Source: an uncultured virus (IMG/VR IMGVR_UViG_3300034656_000069) (Duplodnaviria; Heunggongvirae; Uroviricota; Caudoviricetes). From it: a DNA stretch of 64,000 nucleotides. The translations under genes and the position numbers were made by a program. Shown here piece by piece: positions 37,074-46,989 of the stretch (position 1 is the stretch's first letter; each line of letters starts with the position of its first letter). A model generated the notes under the pieces. The model ran no database searches. It had not been told where the DNA came from and saw only the letters and a list, made by a program, of their open reading frames with translations. The DNA lies in the IMG/VR virus record IMGVR_UViG_3300034656_000069. One strand, 5' to 3'.

Positions 37074-38578
37074 TGTGCAGTCACCTCATCAATTTCTGAG
37101 ATCGTTAGCGGAATGGGCAGGTACATAATCGCCACAAAATTAGCGACACACGCCAGACCACCGTTATAAGTGGAACCGGCATAAAATGTAGATACCGCGG
37201 GCAGCTTAGTGCCTACATTGCTCTTTGATGTTCCATTGACTGAAAAATGACTAATACCTCCATGACTGAACGATAACGCAATATTTGCAGAATCCCCCTC
37301 ACTAACAACAAATGTTGGCGTGTCGTAAGGGTCATCGCTTTCCCTAATCCGTGTAAACAACGAGCCTTCTGGGCTTATATAAACCCCTATTCGGTCAGCA
37401 GTGTTTTGTCCAAATTCCGCAATACACTGCGATGTATTGCCAATATGAATATTTTTCAGGGAGATAATTAACGTGCCGCCCTGCTGGGAATACTCTCTAC
37501 CTAGCGCCCTAGAAAGCACACCACTAGGACGGGTTACAGGTGCATCTTGAGTAATAATAGGAGATGAGCCAAAGCGCGATTTTTCTAACTGAGATACCCA
37601 AATATAAACACCGGACACCCCGTCGCCGGTGATATTTTCTAGCCGTCCCGATAGAGGGCCGGGAACAATTGCAGCAAGTATTCTGCCGTCTCCTGTTCCA
37701 ACAGCTGTTGTCGTGTACTCGATTTCAAAAAAACCGTTGCCGCGTTTGTGAACTGATATTTTATAGTCGGGCGGAAAATTAGAGGCGGTCACTTCGCCCG
37801 TTATCAACGATACGTTTGCGAGCGCCGGGGAAAAAGAAACCGAGCCTGTAATTTGCAAAAACTCAAAGCCAGCGTATTTAACATAAAACGTCTGGGTATA
37901 AACATCTCCCTCAATTACCGAAACGTTGTTTTTGCCGATATAAGAACGCTCATCGATAGTAGAAGGAATAATTTTATCAGCGGTCAGCGTTCCGTCGGGG
38001 CTCTGACTGCTATTGGATTCAACAGTCACCCCCTCTCCGGAAACTCCTTGCGTATAGTCTGTGCTAAATAATAAAAGATTGGTGCTTGACTGCTGATTAA
38101 GCGCCCCCATTGCCACGCCGTTGCGCCATTCTCTTGCAATCGTATTCGCGGGAACCTCTCTGAATAAATTGTTCGGCCCTTCGGCGAGAACCGATGCAGA
38201 GCGAGTAACTGCAAATACATCAGCCGGATCGTTCGACTCGATGCGCGCGCCATTGTCAGCCCAGTAATGGCCCGAGATAAAGTCCATTCCAAAAGTGGCT
38301 TTAGCCCGATATGCGTCAATAATATTGACGTTGTATGCATCCGCGACGGCTTCTACATACCCCCTTGCATCTTCGGCTCTATCCGCATTTGCTTTAGCGC
38401 CATCAATAGCCTGGGCGTAGCGGCTTACGTAACCGGCGGCGGCAACGGTATCCGCAAGTATCGGGAAGAAGTTAACCCGGTGGCCACCGTTAAACATGCC
38501 GGTTTGAGGGTTGGCGTCGTTGGTGTAGGTCTTACCTGAGCCGCCAATCGACGGCGGGAACGTGACTTGATCGACCAT
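37070..38578 (-). CDS. Tail fibre/receptor-binding protein
   Basis: TRSAS, STNLL.S, SPDGTLTADK, QLEK...SSPIIT...VTR; beta-rich. Confidence 0.65.
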   Translation of the reverse strand: MVDQVTFPPSIGGSGKTYTNDANPQTGMFNGGHRVNFFPILADTVAAAGYVSRYAQAIDGAKANADRAEDARGYVEAVADAYNVNIIDAYRAKATFGMDFISGHYWADNGARIESNDPADVFAVTRSASVLAEGPNNLFREVPANTIAREWRNGVAMGALNQQSSTNLLLFSTDYTQGVSGEGVTVESNSSQSPDGTLTADKIIPSTIDERSYIGKNNVSVIEGDVYTQTFYVKYAGFEFLQITGSVSFSPALANVSLITGEVTASNFPPDYKISVHKRGNGFFEIEYTTTAVGTGDGRILAAIVPGPLSGRLENITGDGVSGVYIWVSQLEKSRFGSSPIITQDAPVTRPSGVLSRALGREYSQQGGTLIISLKNIHIGNTSQCIAEFGQNTADRIGVYISPEGSLFTRIRESDDPYDTPTFVVSEGDSANIALSFSHGGISHFSVNGTSKSNVGTKLPAVSTFYAGSTYNGGLACVANFVAIMYLPIPLTISEIDEVTAQ

Positions 38579-39448
38579 TTATAGAATCTCCCGTAGGGCG
38601 TAGGAATTGGCGTAGGTGCCAAAATAGGGGTGGGTCAGTGGGTTTACCTGCACTTGCCGCGCTAGGATCGTGGTCGCAAAGCTCTCTGCCGTGGCCTGGG
38701 CGCTTTCGGCGTAGAGAATTTCACCGTGTAGGCCAATCTTGCGTTGGGTGGCCAAGGCCCGCCGGAACCCTTCTTCTCGGTCTAAATGTTCTAACGCAAA
38801 CGATACGGTGCGCTTGGGGGTGGCGGGGTCGGCGTACTCGGTGCGGTTGGCATCGCCTGCGGTTTCAAACTGCGTATCAATGTCGTAGCCCCACTGGCAG
38901 CCGTAGCTCATGTTGTAAGTGGGTTGCCACACATCCGAGATAAACACCCGGCCCACGCTGATAAAGCCCGCCGGGTTGCTGCTGTCGTCAAACTCCACGC
39001 GCACGGCGCGGGCTATCTGCACTGCGGGCAAAAACAGCGTGGCCAGCGGCGTGAATGACGCGCGGTCTTCGTCGTCAAATTCGCCGCCCCAAAAGTTGTC
39101 GTACTCCCATTCCAACTCGCTGGTGGAATACACCGGGGGCCATACCCGTAGCCAGTCGCTTTGCCACGCTACTTGCGTGGCGGCATCGTCGAAATAAACG
39201 GTTATGCGCCACGTGGCCACGGCGCTTAGGTTGTGCGCGGCCACCGCCACCACGCCCACCGGCAGGAAGCGCGGCAGGGTAACCAGCACCTGCGTGTTCG
39301 CGGGGTTGAGCCCATTAGAACGGGCCTGCTCGGCTAGCGTGGGGTCTAACAACTTGATAGCGGGTAGCGCTGATTCCCAGCCACCCCCGCTCACCGCCGC
39401 GCCGTTGGCGTGGTTGGGCCAACACAGGATGATTTTTCCCTCTTCCAT
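38579..39448 (-). CDS. Minor tail/tail tip protein
   Basis: HNLS..ATWR, GRVFI...WQP..NMSYG; position after TMP. Confidence 0.65.
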   Translation of the reverse strand: MEEGKIILCWPNHANGAAVSGGGWESALPAIKLLDPTLAEQARSNGLNPANTQVLVTLPRFLPVGVVAVAAHNLSAVATWRITVYFDDAATQVAWQSDWLRVWPPVYSTSELEWEYDNFWGGEFDDEDRASFTPLATLFLPAVQIARAVRVEFDDSSNPAGFISVGRVFISDVWQPTYNMSYGCQWGYDIDTQFETAGDANRTEYADPATPKRTVSFALEHLDREEGFRRALATQRKIGLHGEILYAESAQATAESFATTILARQVQVNPLTHPYFGTYANSYALREIL

Positions 39449-39451
39449 TGA

Positions 39452-40927
39452 TTAACCCCATAGTGTGAGTGATACCCGGTTGCGCGACGCGTCAACTTCG
39501 CGCCCCACCACCAGCAGGTTGCGCCCGGCGGTGTACCCTAGCCGGGGTGTAACCACGCGAACCGTTTGTTGAATCTGCAAACCGCCTGCATCCACCACGC
39601 GGGCGACCACCGTTAGCCGGTCGCGCCGGGGGGATAGCAGCGCTAACACATCGTTGGCCGTGGTTTGGGCATGGCTGCGGCTAGCAAGGTCGCTGGCCAC
39701 CGTTACGGCATCTGCCAGCGGGTGGCGGGCAAGCGTGGCGGCAGAGACGGCCACCGCATCCCGGTAGGGGTTGGCCAGCCGGGCGCGGCGGGATTCCGTC
39801 ACCGCCCCGGCAAGGTCGGCTTGCACGGTTTCGATACGGTCGGCTTGCCATGTCACGCGGCCCACCGGTAGGCCGTTACTGCCTGCCCCCGCTGAGTCGC
39901 GGTCGATAGTGATAATTTGGTGGTCGTTGAGCGTGAGAACAGGCGCACCGGGCGGCGTTAACAGCCCGGCTACCAGCGTTTGGCCGCCGGTAATGCGGTA
40001 GAACCCCGCACACGACGCAATCAAACGATCTAACAGCGCGGCGGTGGTAGTTTCTTCCGTCAGCCATAGCCGCACCGCGCCCCGACTATTGAGCGCCACG
40101 GCACTCTCCAGCGTTACCCCGGCCTCACTGGCAACTTGCGCCACCACATCTCCCGCGTTCACCGCCGGGGCGTTGGCGTCACACGTGAGCTGGCCAGTGG
40201 GGGCCACCCCCACGCGGATATACCCCTGATAGCGCCGCCACTTTCCCCGTGGTGGTTCCCAATCGCTCCATTCCCCCGTGGCCGGGGCCACGCTTTGCAG
40301 CTCGGTTAGCGAGGCGTAATCCCCGTCATACGTTAGCGGTATGCCGTTGTCGTATACCGCCGTGACGGTGCAAGGCTGGTCGCTCACTTGGTAAATCAGC
40401 ATTGACGTATTCACCGCCACAGGCTGGGCATTGCGCACCTGCCCGTAAACGCGGGGTTTGATGTTGCCGCCTATATCGTCGTCGGTGCCCTCTACACCGT
40501 TGGGGGCTACGTTGGTGCCCGCATAGCGGGCTTGGGGGTGGGGCTGCTGCAGGATCTCCACCGGGTCGCGCAGATTGATCGACACCAGCGCATTGCTAAA
40601 CGACACGCGGCCCACGGCGCCCTCCAGTACCGTGGTTATGCCGCTTTCATCGGCATATTGCAGTGTGGCGCTACGGCCATCGGTGGCGTAGTCCGCCAGC
40701 CAATCAAGCCCTCCGTCGATGTTGATTAGCGTGGTTTCGCCGTAGCCGCTGCGGTCTACGTTGATTAGCTCCCCCGCAAACAAACCAGCACGGTATAAAC
40801 CAGGCTGTTTGATGCGTGGCACCCATGCCACGGGGGCCGGGTCCATATACCCCGGCGTGCTAAATCGCAGCGTTTTGGCGTTTCCTTCGCTATCGAGCGC
40901 TTCGACCGTTAACAACCAATAGCTCAT
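39452..40927 (-). CDS. Tail tip/hub protein
   Basis: KPRVYGQVRN..PV.V......YQV; directly after TMP. Confidence 0.65.
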   Translation of the reverse strand: MSYWLLTVEALDSEGNAKTLRFSTPGYMDPAPVAWVPRIKQPGLYRAGLFAGELINVDRSGYGETTLINIDGGLDWLADYATDGRSATLQYADESGITTVLEGAVGRVSFSNALVSINLRDPVEILQQPHPQARYAGTNVAPNGVEGTDDDIGGNIKPRVYGQVRNAQPVAVNTSMLIYQVSDQPCTVTAVYDNGIPLTYDGDYASLTELQSVAPATGEWSDWEPPRGKWRRYQGYIRVGVAPTGQLTCDANAPAVNAGDVVAQVASEAGVTLESAVALNSRGAVRLWLTEETTTAALLDRLIASCAGFYRITGGQTLVAGLLTPPGAPVLTLNDHQIITIDRDSAGAGSNGLPVGRVTWQADRIETVQADLAGAVTESRRARLANPYRDAVAVSAATLARHPLADAVTVASDLASRSHAQTTANDVLALLSPRRDRLTVVARVVDAGGLQIQQTVRVVTPRLGYTAGRNLLVVGREVDASRNRVSLTLWG

Positions 40928-43900
40928 CGTAACGCCTCCAGGCGGGCCGCTGCGCTCATATCATCGAGTGCAAGGTTGCTCTTTTTCAGCTCGCTAATTT
41001 GCTGCTTGGCCGCTTCCTGCTGCACGGCCACCCCCGCCGCGCCGTGCTGCTCAATCCTCTTGAGTAGCGCGGTTAGCTCTTTACGTAGGGTTTTGTTTTC
41101 GTTCAGCAGGTCGCGCACCACATCGTGCTGATCAGTGCGGTTGAGGAGCGGGAAGTTGGGCAGTGCAGGCATGGGTAGCTCACGGCTCGGTAGCTCGCGC
41201 AAGCGGCCTGCCGTTTGCGCGGGCACGACCATTTCATCGCGATGTAGCTCTGCGATATAGCCATCAAACGGCACGTTCCATAGACCTGTGGCATGTGAGC
41301 CATCAACCGAGTTCAATTTATTCAGTTCAGCGCGCAATCTCGCAATTTCGCTATCCAGGCTAGTAGCCGACTGCCTGGTGTCGATAGCGCTCTCAATCTC
41401 ACGGAGATACGCCTCGACGTAGGGCCAGTACAGACCTCCTGGTGAGTACGCACCTCCCGCACCAGGGGCGTCACCGACACCCTGGTCAGCGGTGAATCCA
41501 GGTCCCTGGGTGTAATAATCACGCAACCGCTCAACGGATCGATCTGTAACGCCGGACGATCCTAGAATGCTGTCAACAATCCTGTTTATGTTATTAATCG
41601 CGTCAGGTACATGCCGATAACTGGAGTTGATAACGCTGCGACTGGGCGCCGAAACACCGGTATTTGCTAGCGACTGCTGCTCACGCTGCAAGCGATCAAT
41701 TTCACTCGCTAAGGACCCGCGCTGCGCTTCCACGCGCTCCCGCTCAATCCTCTCTCGCTCCGCTTTCTCAGCCGCTAAACGCTCCTGCTCAATCCTCGCC
41801 ACTTCTTCTTGTGCAACGCCCAGCGCGGTGATTGAGTCTTTCAGGCTGACCATGGTGCTGTTCAGCCCCACGAACTGATCCGTGGTGCGGGTCATCTCCT
41901 GCGACAACTGCACGAGCTTGGAGAGCTGCTCACCGCCGCGCTCCTCCATTGTCTTGGTGTTGCCTTCGGTGCCCTCGCTGCTCTGCTCAAGCGCTTCCAG
42001 CTTGGAGAGCTGTCCATCGCCGTTGGCGTCGAGCATGTTGAACAGTTCGCGCAACTGCGCATCCGTCGCCATGCCCTCGAAGGCGCTGGCGAACTCGGCG
42101 TAGTCGATCAGCCCATCAAGCGATGAATCTAGCGAGTCGAACATCGGGTACAGGGCTGAGCCGATGCCGCTGGCCAGGCCGTCGAGGCTGGCGTTGGCCA
42201 GCTCCTGAGCCGTGATGATGCCGTCGGCATTGCGGTCGGCACGATTGATGAGCTGATTGATCTGCCCCTGCTTTGCAATCGGGCTCAGCGCGTTGCGAAC
42301 CTGTGCATGCGTGAGCTGGTTTTTATCCAGCTCATTCATTTTGTTACGCAGCACGGTGCCCAACACCGCATCGGTAGGCATACCCGCGATGACGACGCTC
42401 TCTAACCCATTGATTACGCCGTCACCGTTAAGGTCAACCGCTCGCATAATCGCTTGCAGCTCGGCATCGGTGGCCTTGCCGCTCATCACGATAGCCAGCT
42501 GCTCACGGGTTAGCACGCCGTCGATACCGCCAGCCAGGGTGGTGAAATACCCGGCCAAATTGCCCGCTATGTTGCTGGGGTTATCGCCGCGCAGCACGTC
42601 GCCCAGCTGGGTGCTAATGCCCTGGGTCTGCTCGCGTAGTGCCTGTTTCACCTCCTCGGCTATGTACTCTTCGGCGCTAATCTGATCAGGTAGATCTTTC
42701 AACGCGTCTAACACATCGCCCTGAATGCGCTGGAACGCGCCACCGCTGGCGTACATCGCCTCACCCGCTGCCAGGTATTGCTCGGCGTACTGGGTAATGC
42801 TCTGCAGCGCGTTACGGTCGCCTGCCTGCGCCAGCACCAGCTGGCGGGCAAACTGGTCGCCCGCCTCGGCTAGGTTCATGCCGGGGGTGCCAGCAGTTGC
42901 GGTTTGCTGATCTACCCACTGGCTAATACCGTTAAACGTGCTGCTCAACTGGTCGTTTATTTGCGCCAGCGAACGGGCATACTCCTGCCCCGCCCGCGTG
43001 GCCGCTTGCTGCGCGGCGGCTTCGTCCTCCATGGCCCAAATGCGGCGCTGGGTTTCCTGTAGCAGCGGGTCGATGCCTTGCAGCTCTCGCTCACGCTGCA
43101 GGGCCAACGCAGCTTGCTCGTCGCCCATCAGGCCCAAGAGCTGTAGCTGCTGGTCAAACGATTGCTTTTCAAACGCGGCGTAGGCGTTGCGTGCTTGCTG
43201 CTCGGCACTGCTTAGCGCGTTTTCTGCATCGCTGAGCATGTCCTCAAAACGGCCACGCACCCGCTCCAAGCCGTTCTCAACTTCCACCAGTGCTGGTGCC
43301 AAGTTCATGGCTTCGTTGTATAGCTCACGCCCGCTGGCGGTAGTGAGGTCGATGCCATCCACCAGCTCACGCAGGGCGTCGGTGGATTCGATCACTCGGC
43401 CAGTGCGGGCTGTAAAGGCACCCATAGCTCGAGCGGCGGCGGTTACGGCGCGCTCTTGGCGCTCGGCTTCGGTGAGTATGTTTTGATAGTAGTAGTCAGC
43501 ACGCGCCGTAAATTCGTCGAGGCCGCCCGCCAGCTCCAGCAGTTGAGCAGCAGCATCGCCACCGGCGAGCGAGGCAGCAAGGCTGCTGTCGTGCAGCAGC
43601 TCCAGCAGTGGGTTTACCCCCGTCAGTGCAGTAGCGAGACGGTTGAGGGTTTCCACCGTGGTTTCGCCCGCCATGGCGTATTCAGAGGGGTCTACCACGC
43701 TTCGGGCGGCTCGGTTGACAGTGTTTTGCAACCACTCCTGTACGGCCTGCTCTACCTCAGCTTCGCTCTTGCCCTTGGTGCTGATACGGGTGAGGCCGCT
43801 GCTGAACGCGTTCAGGGCGCTGGACTGCTGCCCCAGAACCTCCAGCGTTAACGCCAGCGACTGCTCTTGTGCGCTGTACGCCTCTTGCAGCATCGACCGC

Positions 43901-46900
43901 AGATCACCACTGAGTGCTCTCGTATTGGTGCGTGATTTGGAGCTGGAGAACCAACCGCCGGATTTGTGCTGCCGTTCGTACTGATTGCCTGTAATGTCGC
44001 CAGCGGAGACGCCGAGGTTCAGCCCGGCGTCTTTGGTTTCCCAGGAGCCGCCAAATACGCTGCTAATAGCACCGCTGATGCCTTTAGAAATACTGCCGCC
44101 CAGCAGGCCGTCAATAGCAAGCCCGCCTGCAATCCATGGCATTGCAGCACTAACGCCGGCGGTGATGCTGGACATGATGCCTGTGGAGGCGACGCCACCA
44201 GTAACAGCGTTGCCATATAGGCCACCAGCAGCAAGGCCAGTGCTTGCGCCTGAGTACAGGCCGCCCGCTGCGACAGCCGTAGAGCCGCCGCCAAGTAGTG
44301 ATGATCCCGAGCTAAACAGAGAGCGAGCCGCACCAATGGTGTTGCCGAATCCGCCAGCGCCACCGCTCATCATGCCCTGCATATCGCCAGTGAAGGCGAC
44401 AACGATAGGTTTGAGCGTTGCCTGGTAGGCCAGCTCGGCCAGTAGACGCTTGAAGCCGTTCAGGAGCTGATCGGAGAACGATTCGAACGAATTAAACGCG
44501 CCACGGAACGCATCGGCAAACGTCTCGTCAATGCGGTTTGATGCTTCTTCCCAGGCGCGGGCCATCTCGTCAGCCGCAACGTCGGTAACTTCGGCAATAT
44601 CGGTTGTATCCCGCTGCGCTGCCTGGAAGCTCTCTTGAAGCATCCCCATGGCCTGCATGTACTGCTGAGCGGTCATGCGGCCACTGGCCAGGGCTAGGTT
44701 CAGCGTGCCCAGGTCCTGGGCATATTGGCGAGCCTCCCGGCGGTTGGGCGTGATGCGGTCGAGTAGGGATTCGTAGGCGTCGGCTAGGGTGTAGGTTTCC
44801 TTGGTCGCTGCTTTGGCTGACTCTTCCGACTCACCAAGTCCTTGGTTTAGCCTTTCAATTTCCTCCTGAAGTAGCTGAGCTTGCGTTTTTCCTTCACTGA
44901 AACCCTCAGCGACCACGCCAAATCCGTTACGCGACATCCGAGCAACGAATGCTGCGTCTGAAATGCGCTCGCCTAGTGCCGTGAAATCATCAGCAACAAA
45001 GCGGGCGCCGCCACTCAGCGAATCAAAGACTTCTCCAAGGTAATTCCGATCCATGTTTTCACGGAAAGCCGCGCCGATTTCGTCAGCCGCACCCGCCATG
45101 GTGCCGACAAAGCCGTTGGTCAGGTTGTCCAGGGCGGTGTTGAATGCGCTGAACGTTAGATCACCACTGAACACCGCCTGTACTGACTGCCAAAAACCAC
45201 TTGCGACATTTAGGATGTTGTCGAACGCATCGCTGAACAACGTCTGCATGGTGCGCGTGACGATGCCGACTACATCCCCGATTGTGCCAAAGTAGCCAAT
45301 CATTGAGTTGATAGTGGTTTGGGTTAAGCTGCCAATGGTGGTCATCAGTGCTTCAAAAGTAACGCTAAACCAGTTGACCACTTTCCCTACAGGCCCAGCC
45401 ATCCACTCGAAAGCCTCAACGGTAGAGTCAACGGCTCCATTCCAGTTTTCAGCGAAAATCTCAGCACTTGTTGACCATGCGCCGCTTATCCAATCGGATA
45501 CGGTCGCTGTCGTGTCGCCAAATTCAACGGTGCGATTGCGGGCCGTGTAGAGCGCGCCAGAAAGCGAGGCAACTGCTCCGGCAGCCAAGATGATAGGGTT
45601 AACGCGCATGATGCGCATAAGTGCTGTCTGGGCGGCGTGTGCGGCCCATGTAGCAGCGGTTAGGCTTACATAAGCGGCTGTTAGGCCACCCACTGCACCG
45701 GCAGTAAGCGAGATAGCCGTTGCGGTGTTGTTTAGATTGCGGGCCTGCTCATCCGTTAGGTCGTTAGCTGCTTGGAATTGCGGCAACATTCCGTTGTAAA
45801 CGCTGATAACACCGGTCGCAGTGTTAATAACTTCCTGTAGCGCTGCGCTCATGCCGCTGTCACGGCCAAGCTGAAGCGTTGATTCGCCTATCGCACTATT
45901 GAGTGAGCGGAAAGAGCCCTCCAGGCCTGAGCCGAGGATAAGCGCTGCCTCTGCCGCAGCGCCTTCTACGTCATGAAGCGCCTCGGTTAAGTTGCCTATT
46001 TTTTCAGAGCTTGAAGCGAGTATCTGTGCAGCAGGCCCTACTTCTGATCCAAAAATCTTAAATGAGTCGGCGGTATTGATATTAGCTTCGCGCAAGCGCT
46101 CTAGAACCGCTAAAAGCCCTTCTTGCTCAATATTCACATCTGCTGTGGTGAGGCCGTACTTCTCAAGAGCTGATTCAGCGTTAGGCGTTACGTTAGAAAG
46201 CTGGCGGATAAAACCAAGCAGCCCAGTGCCTGAGCGGGTGCTTTTTAAGCCCGCGTCAGCAAGCGCGCCCAGTGCGGCTGAGGTCTCCTCCAGGGAAATG
46301 CCAGCAGTCGCAGCCAAAGGGGCTGCGTAGGAGAGGGCGTCGCCAAGCTCAATTATGCTTGTATTTGCACCGCCATTAGCAGTGCGGGCCAGAACATCGT
46401 TTACACGTGTTAGCTCCTCTACCTCAAGTCGCATCCCACCTAGCACGTTACTGGCGAGGTCAGCAGCCTTAGCCAGATCCATGTTGCCAGAGGCTGCTAG
46501 CTGCAGGATTCCGGGCGTAGCCGAAAGCACCTCGTTTACCCGGAAGCCAGCCATGGCAAGGTAGTTTTGGGCATCGGCAGCTTGCTGAGCAGAAAACATG
46601 CTCGTAGCGCCAAGGGAGCGCGACTGCGCTTCTAACTCAGCCATCTGAGTAGTTGTCGCACCTGATACAACCTGGAGGCGCAACAAGCTTTGCTCGAAAG
46701 CGGCTGTTTCTCGAACAATGCCAGCAGCGGTGAACCCGCCTGCAGCAGTGGCGGCAGCGCCCAGCGCAATTTTTAATACGCCCATGCCTTGAGCTAGTCG
46801 ATCACCTGAGACCTGAGTGCGATCTAATTGGCTTTCAAATGCCCTTAGGCGCTGCTCCCCTGTACGCGAGTCAATAACCAGGCTTAATCTCGATTCGAAA

Positions 46901-46905
46901 GCCAT
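40924..46905 (-). CDS. Tape measure protein (TP901-type N-terminal core), 1993 aa
   Basis: LGATSMFSAQQAADA..YLAMAGF, DGSHATGL..VPFDGYIAELH..E.V; EF-hand-like loops in the C-terminal third. Confidence 0.92.
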   Translation of the reverse strand: MAFESRLSLVIDSRTGEQRLRAFESQLDRTQVSGDRLAQGMGVLKIALGAAATAAGGFTAAGIVRETAAFEQSLLRLQVVSGATTTQMAELEAQSRSLGATSMFSAQQAADAQNYLAMAGFRVNEVLSATPGILQLAASGNMDLAKAADLASNVLGGMRLEVEELTRVNDVLARTANGGANTSIIELGDALSYAAPLAATAGISLEETSAALGALADAGLKSTRSGTGLLGFIRQLSNVTPNAESALEKYGLTTADVNIEQEGLLAVLERLREANINTADSFKIFGSEVGPAAQILASSSEKIGNLTEALHDVEGAAAEAALILGSGLEGSFRSLNSAIGESTLQLGRDSGMSAALQEVINTATGVISVYNGMLPQFQAANDLTDEQARNLNNTATAISLTAGAVGGLTAAYVSLTAATWAAHAAQTALMRIMRVNPIILAAGAVASLSGALYTARNRTVEFGDTTATVSDWISGAWSTSAEIFAENWNGAVDSTVEAFEWMAGPVGKVVNWFSVTFEALMTTIGSLTQTTINSMIGYFGTIGDVVGIVTRTMQTLFSDAFDNILNVASGFWQSVQAVFSGDLTFSAFNTALDNLTNGFVGTMAGAADEIGAAFRENMDRNYLGEVFDSLSGGARFVADDFTALGERISDAAFVARMSRNGFGVVAEGFSEGKTQAQLLQEEIERLNQGLGESEESAKAATKETYTLADAYESLLDRITPNRREARQYAQDLGTLNLALASGRMTAQQYMQAMGMLQESFQAAQRDTTDIAEVTDVAADEMARAWEEASNRIDETFADAFRGAFNSFESFSDQLLNGFKRLLAELAYQATLKPIVVAFTGDMQGMMSGGAGGFGNTIGAARSLFSSGSSLLGGGSTAVAAGGLYSGASTGLAAGGLYGNAVTGGVASTGIMSSITAGVSAAMPWIAGGLAIDGLLGGSISKGISGAISSVFGGSWETKDAGLNLGVSAGDITGNQYERQHKSGGWFSSSKSRTNTRALSGDLRSMLQEAYSAQEQSLALTLEVLGQQSSALNAFSSGLTRISTKGKSEAEVEQAVQEWLQNTVNRAARSVVDPSEYAMAGETTVETLNRLATALTGVNPLLELLHDSSLAASLAGGDAAAQLLELAGGLDEFTARADYYYQNILTEAERQERAVTAAARAMGAFTARTGRVIESTDALRELVDGIDLTTASGRELYNEAMNLAPALVEVENGLERVRGRFEDMLSDAENALSSAEQQARNAYAAFEKQSFDQQLQLLGLMGDEQAALALQRERELQGIDPLLQETQRRIWAMEDEAAAQQAATRAGQEYARSLAQINDQLSSTFNGISQWVDQQTATAGTPGMNLAEAGDQFARQLVLAQAGDRNALQSITQYAEQYLAAGEAMYASGGAFQRIQGDVLDALKDLPDQISAEEYIAEEVKQALREQTQGISTQLGDVLRGDNPSNIAGNLAGYFTTLAGGIDGVLTREQLAIVMSGKATDAELQAIMRAVDLNGDGVINGLESVVIAGMPTDAVLGTVLRNKMNELDKNQLTHAQVRNALSPIAKQGQINQLINRADRNADGIITAQELANASLDGLASGIGSALYPMFDSLDSSLDGLIDYAEFASAFEGMATDAQLRELFNMLDANGDGQLSKLEALEQSSEGTEGNTKTMEERGGEQLSKLVQLSQEMTRTTDQFVGLNSTMVSLKDSITALGVAQEEVARIEQERLAAEKAERERIERERVEAQRGSLASEIDRLQREQQSLANTGVSAPSRSVINSSYRHVPDAINNINRIVDSILGSSGVTDRSVERLRDYYTQGPGFTADQGVGDAPGAGGAYSPGGLYWPYVEAYLREIESAIDTRQSATSLDSEIARLRAELNKLNSVDGSHATGLWNVPFDGYIAELHRDEMVVPAQTAGRLRELPSRELPMPALPNFPLLNRTDQHDVVRDLLNENKTLRKELTALLKRIEQHGAAGVAVQQEAAKQQISELKKSNLALDDMSAAARLEALR
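42834..43188. repeat. Direct repeat copy 2 (within tape-measure gene 2)
   Basis: Matches 17-371. Confidence 0.95.
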
Positions 46906-46921
46906 GATGCCCCCAGATACG

Positions 46922-46970
46922 AAAAAGCCCGCTCAAATGGCGGGCATAAAAAAGGCCGCGTTAGCGGCCT
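46922..46970 (-). terminator. Two tandem intrinsic terminators
   Basis: AAAAAGCCCGC..GCGGGC and AAAAAAGGCCGC..GCGGCCT. Confidence 0.7.
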
Positions 46971-46989
46971 GTGGTTTATTCCTTGGCGA

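Larger units (their letters stand above)
17..42833. mobile_element. Putative complete temperate phage-plasmid (element 1), 42,817-bp unit between direct repeats
   Basis: Bounded by the in-frame repeat 17-371/42834-43188; contains packaging, head, tail, lysis, immunity, partition, resolvase, TA and Rep genes. Confidence 0.75.

Noticed and set aside
35986..38578. Diversity-generating retroelement or invertible tail-fibre cassette
   Set aside because: No reverse transcriptase, no template/variable repeat pair and no inverted fibre segment seen
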